A DNA stretch of 64,000 bases, taken from Nitrospirales bacterium. GTDB lineage: Bacteria > Nitrospirota > Nitrospiria > Nitrospirales > UBA8639. The translations under genes were made by a program, and so were the position numbers. Below are positions 60,505 to 64,000 of this stretch, one piece after another. The notes below the pieces were generated by a model that was given only the letters and a program-made list of their open reading frames with translations, was not told the DNA's origin and ran no database searches. Each line of letters begins with the position of its first letter. Position 1 is the stretch's first letter. The stretch is from NCBI GenBank assembly GCA_965223295.1, contig CBDCWC010000003.1:1760001-1824000 (forward strand), written 5' to 3'.

Positions 60505-61200
60505 ATGCAATATGATCTTGCAGTAGAGAAGCGGGACCAAGCTGGGAAAGGCATTGCCCGGCAATTGCGCCGGCAAGGGAAAATTCCTGGCGTGATCTAT
60601 GGCGGGGGAAAATCTGATTTTTTTTCGCTAGACCATAATGTCGCGCGGAAGCTCATCCTTTCTCAAGTTGGGCATACCGGTCTGTTGACGGTCAAAGTCC
60701 CTGGGCAAAAAGATCGTGTTGCCGTGCTGCAAGACCATCAGTTGGATCCTATCACTGGAGCTATACTTCATATTGATTTATTTGAAGTTTCAATGGATAA
60801 GCCCATTCGGGTAAAAGTCCCTGTTTCCATGGCGGGGGCTGCGCCAGTTGGCGTGAAGGAAGGGGGAATTGTGCATCAACCTCTTCGAGAATTGCATATT
60901 GAATGTTTACCAGCCAAAATCCCTGACCATATTGAGGTGATTGCAACGGAGCTTCATGTGGGAGAAGGTATCCGTGTGAAAGAAGTAGCATCACCTGAAG
61001 GCGTGAAAATTTTAGATGATCCAGGGTTAATGGTGGTTCATGTGGCGACGAAGATGTCTGAAGCCAAATTGGAATCTTTGCTGGCTCGCGAGGCCGGGGA
61101 AGGTGAGACACCTGCGGCCGATGACAAAGCCAAGACGGAAGGGGCTCCAGCTGCTGAAGCGGCAGCTCCAGAAAATAAGGCGAAAGAAGGTAAAAAGTAA
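60505..61200 (+). CDS. rplY: 50S ribosomal protein L25/Ctc
   Basis: RQLRRQGKIPGVIYG, HIDL, GVKEGG. Confidence 0.95.
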   Translation: MQYDLAVEKRDQAGKGIARQLRRQGKIPGVIYGGGKSDFFSLDHNVARKLILSQVGHTGLLTVKVPGQKDRVAVLQDHQLDPITGAILHIDLFEVSMDKPIRVKVPVSMAGAAPVGVKEGGIVHQPLRELHIECLPAKIPDHIEVIATELHVGEGIRVKEVASPEGVKILDDPGLMVVHVATKMSEAKLESLLAREAGEGETPAADDKAKTEGAPAAEAAAPENKAKEGKK

Positions 61201-61203
61201 TCC

Positions 61204-61785
61204 TTGCATGTGGTTGTGGGTCTTGGGAATCCTGGACCAGCCTATCAGCACACGCGGCACAATCTGGGATGGATGGTTCTTGAACGTGCGGCGTACCGGT
61301 GGGGGATTTCTTTAACCCCACAATCACAAGCCATTCAAGGGCGGGGAGCTTTTGGTGAGCACTCGGTGCTTCTGGCAATGCCCCTGAAATGGATGAATCT
61401 ATCTGGAGAAGCGGTCTCTGCAATTCTCCATGATCAGAATCTCAATTCCTCAAATCTTATCCTTGTCTACGATGACTTGGATCTTCCTCTGGGGCAATTA
61501 AGAATTAAAACTCGTGGTGGCGCCGGTGGCCATAATGGTGTGCGTTCCGTGTTGGATTCTCTTGGGACGGATGATTTTTGTCGTGTAAAACTTGGTATTG
61601 GCAAGCCTAAGGATCATGAAGATACGGCCCAGTATGTATTGTCTCCCTTCACTAAGGATGAACATACGGAAGTGGATAGATTACTTCCCCGTGCTGTTGA
61701 TGCGTTGGAATGTGTGTTAACCGAAGGAGTTCCCGCAGCGATGAACAAGTTTCACATGCGTCCTGGACAGACCAGTCCAGAATAG
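61204..61785 (+). CDS. pth: Peptidyl-tRNA hydrolase
   Basis: GLGNPG, TRHN, MNLSG, DDLDL, GGHNG. Confidence 0.96.
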   Translation: MHVVVGLGNPGPAYQHTRHNLGWMVLERAAYRWGISLTPQSQAIQGRGAFGEHSVLLAMPLKWMNLSGEAVSAILHDQNLNSSNLILVYDDLDLPLGQLRIKTRGGAGGHNGVRSVLDSLGTDDFCRVKLGIGKPKDHEDTAQYVLSPFTKDEHTEVDRLLPRAVDALECVLTEGVPAAMNKFHMRPGQTSPE

Positions 61786-62055
61786 CAAAGCGATGAGATG
61801 CTGTTTGATCAATTGGCCTATTTGTTACATGCGAACAGTTATTGTTTAGGTGTTTTCGTCGTTCATCGTGGAGGAACGACCGGAAAATTGTTCTCATAGT
61901 AAACGTTAATTTTTCCCTATCCTATCAGTGGGCCGTGCCACTATATTCCACGTTTGACAGTATCTTTTACCCTATGCTACTTTCGTTTCCCCTTTGTGAT
62001 ACAAGGCTATGGGTTTGTCTGTTAACCTGTTCATCATTCAGCGAGAAAGGGTGTT

Positions 62056-62436
62056 ATGAAACTTTATGAATCAATAAGTATTCTTCGGCCTGCCCAAGTC
62101 GAGACGGAAAGTGAACGGGTTATAGAGAAAATACAGGAAATTTTGACCAGTTCTGGGGCCAATATCTTAAAGTTAGACAATAGTGGAAAGAAGAAATTGG
62201 CTTATGATATCAAACACGAACGAAAAGGAACCTTTATTACTGTTCAGTTTGAAGGGCCCGGAACTGTTATTGCTGAGTTAGAGCGCTTTCAACGAATGGA
62301 AGATCAAGTCATGAAATTTATGACAGTTCGTCTGAATCCGGCTGACTTAATCCCTGTACCTGAGACGGAAAATGAAGGTACGGAAAATGGAAGTGAAGCT
62401 GAGGGAGAGGATTCGGGAGATGGTGGGATTCAATAA
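62056..62436 (+). CDS. rpsF: 30S ribosomal protein S6
   Basis: YE..ILRP, GKKKLAYDI. Confidence 0.93.
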   Translation: MKLYESISILRPAQVETESERVIEKIQEILTSSGANILKLDNSGKKKLAYDIKHERKGTFITVQFEGPGTVIAELERFQRMEDQVMKFMTVRLNPADLIPVPETENEGTENGSEAEGEDSGDGGIQ

Positions 62437-62830
62437 AGTCATCTTAATTGGCAATCTGACGAGAAATCCTGAGCTCCGGTATACTCCCAGTGGGACCCCG
62501 GTTGTTAATTTTCCCCTGGCCGTCAATCGGCGTTATCGTCAAGCGGATGACCAAAAAGAAGAAGTATGCTATGTTGATATCGTTGTTTTTGGGAGGCAAG
62601 CGGAACATTGCGGGCAATATCTCAATAAAGGTGATGGAGCTATCGTTGATGGACGCTTACAGCAGCGTCGTTGGGAAACAGATGATGGGCAGAAGCGAAG
62701 CAAGCACGAAGTCGTGGCTCAAACCGTGACCTTCCTGCCTAAAAAAGCACCTTCGGGGAGTTCTGGTGCCGGAACAGCTGAAGATGCGTCTTACGACTCA
62801 GAAGATTACTACCCTGACCCCATGCCCTAA
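62420..62830 (+). CDS. ssb: Single-stranded DNA-binding protein
   Basis: NKVILIGNLTRNPELRY; acidic tail; overlaps the rpsF end. Confidence 0.95.
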   Translation: MVGFNKVILIGNLTRNPELRYTPSGTPVVNFPLAVNRRYRQADDQKEEVCYVDIVVFGRQAEHCGQYLNKGDGAIVDGRLQQRRWETDDGQKRSKHEVVAQTVTFLPKKAPSGSSGAGTAEDASYDSEDYYPDPMP

Positions 62831-62853
62831 TTTTTAGCTGAGGAGAAGTTTCT

Positions 62854-63084
62854 GTGGAAAAAGGTCGGTTATTTCAGCGGAAAAGAATGTGCCGTTTTTG
62901 CTTTGATAAAACACCATTGGATTATAAAGATGCCAATCTGTTGAGAAATTTTCTGACCGAACGGGGAAGGATTATCCCTCGTCGAACCTCGGGCAATTGT
63001 TTGCGACATCAACGGCGGCTGACGCAAGCTGTAAAGCGGGCACGGCATATCGCCATTCTTTCTTTTTCCGAAGAACAACGGTAG
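62854..63084 (+). CDS. rpsR: 30S ribosomal protein S18
   Basis: CRFC, DYKD, GRIIPRR, HQR.L..AVKRAR. Confidence 0.95.
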   Translation: MEKGRLFQRKRMCRFCFDKTPLDYKDANLLRNFLTERGRIIPRRTSGNCLRHQRRLTQAVKRARHIAILSFSEEQR

Positions 63085-63155
63085 GTGAAGAGCGAAAGAA
63101 TGATTTTCCTCTTGAGAAGTAAAGAAATGAGTTCAATCATTTGTTTGTGTGATGC

Positions 63156-63776
63156 ATGTCTTGGATAATTGATTTAAAGGATATTCCAGCTGACGGTTTG
63201 GCTGTAGAGCAGGAGATTTCGCCCTCCGATATGGAGTTGCCTGCGGAGGATGGCACAATATGTGGCCTGTTGCATTGTGTGGGACAAATTTCTTTTCCAG
63301 ATGCACATATGGCTAATTTTCAGGGAATCTTGAAAGGTCGTCTTGCAAGGGAATGCGTACGTTGCCTGGTTAATTTTGAAGAAGAAGTGGCATGTCCATG
63401 TGAAGTGAATTTTTGCCAATCCATATCTTCAGCTCTTTCTCCTCAGTCATCCAAAAAATCAAAAAAGGGAAGTCGTGTCAAGAATTTGGTCAATCAAGAA
63501 CAAGACGATGAGGTTGATGCCTACCAAATTACGGATCAAAAAATTGACCTACTTCCTGCGTTACGAGAACATCTGATTTTGGCGGCGCCCCTCAATCCGG
63601 TATGCAGGGAAGATTGTGCAGGATTATGTCAGGTATGTGGAGCAAATTTAAACGAAAGCGCCTGTGCCTGTTACGCGCCTGTTATGCCGTCATCGACATT
63701 TGATTCGGAAGGTGGCTCTTTGTTCAGCAAGAAAGCTTCAAAGTCTTTTTCGAGACCCATTCGAAGAGGCGCGTGA
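63156..63776 (+). CDS. yceD: YceD/DUF177 family protein
   Basis: CVRCL, C.EDCAGLCQVCGANLN; upstream of rpmF. Confidence 0.9.
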   Translation: MSWIIDLKDIPADGLAVEQEISPSDMELPAEDGTICGLLHCVGQISFPDAHMANFQGILKGRLARECVRCLVNFEEEVACPCEVNFCQSISSALSPQSSKKSKKGSRVKNLVNQEQDDEVDAYQITDQKIDLLPALREHLILAAPLNPVCREDCAGLCQVCGANLNESACACYAPVMPSSTFDSEGGSLFSKKASKSFSRPIRRGA

Positions 63777-63808
63777 AATCATTATCTAAACGGAAAAGAT
63801 GGTAGACT

Positions 63809-63991
63809 ATGGCGAATCCCAAACACAAAACGTCAAAAGCTCGCCGTGATAAACGACGATCTCATCATAAACTGATGCTTCCTAATTTATCAGTATGCCC
63901 CCAATGTCATGAGATGAAACAACCTCATGTCACCTGCCTGAACTGTGGGACATACAAAGGGAAGGCGATTATTGCAGTGGAAGAGGGATAA
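63809..63991 (+). CDS. rpmF: 50S ribosomal protein L32
   Basis: MANPKHKTSKARRDKRR, CPQC..H..CLNCG. Confidence 0.96.
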   Translation: MANPKHKTSKARRDKRRSHHKLMLPNLSVCPQCHEMKQPHVTCLNCGTYKGKAIIAVEEG

Positions 63992-64000
63992 GGACTGCCC

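Noticed and set aside
60761-61423. 220-aa antisense ORF across rplY/pth, and other long shadow ORFs
   Set aside because: Antisense to well-conserved genes with no motifs.
61980-62055. S6:S18 ribosomal leader upstream of rpsF
   Set aside because: Plausible by position, but I cannot see a convincing stem; needs an Infernal search.

Overview
Bacterial chromosomal window, probably Nitrospirota/Nitrospirales (inferred from gene content and protein style, not from a search). Left 30 kb is accessory or metabolic: end of a cellulose-type exopolysaccharide export locus (TPR/beta-barrel plus GH8); an ergothioneine-type cluster (egtD, a betaine-family ABC importer, a divergent egtB-like sulfoxide synthase) followed by an ECF transporter whose S-component is fused to two ATPases; a sigma54-driven PEP-CTERM gene; a Fur-boxed Bfd; an orphan CbbO/NorD-like vWA protein; mdh; a stand-alone NuoF with a ferredoxin; PTPS-II and folE; rarA. 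Right 34 kb is core: a dcw cluster lacking mraZ, pgeF-yggS-yggT-divIVA, pilB-pilT-pilC (pilT frameshifted by a 14-bp duplication), ispE-prs-rplY-pth-rpsF-ssb-rpsR-yceD-rpmF. The strongest unexplained signal is a ~190-bp non-coding MITE-like element in five copies. It has terminal inverted repeats, perfect 4-bp target duplications, covarying hairpin arms and two subfamilies; one copy carries a nested REP-like insert, and every copy sits at a gene 5' end.
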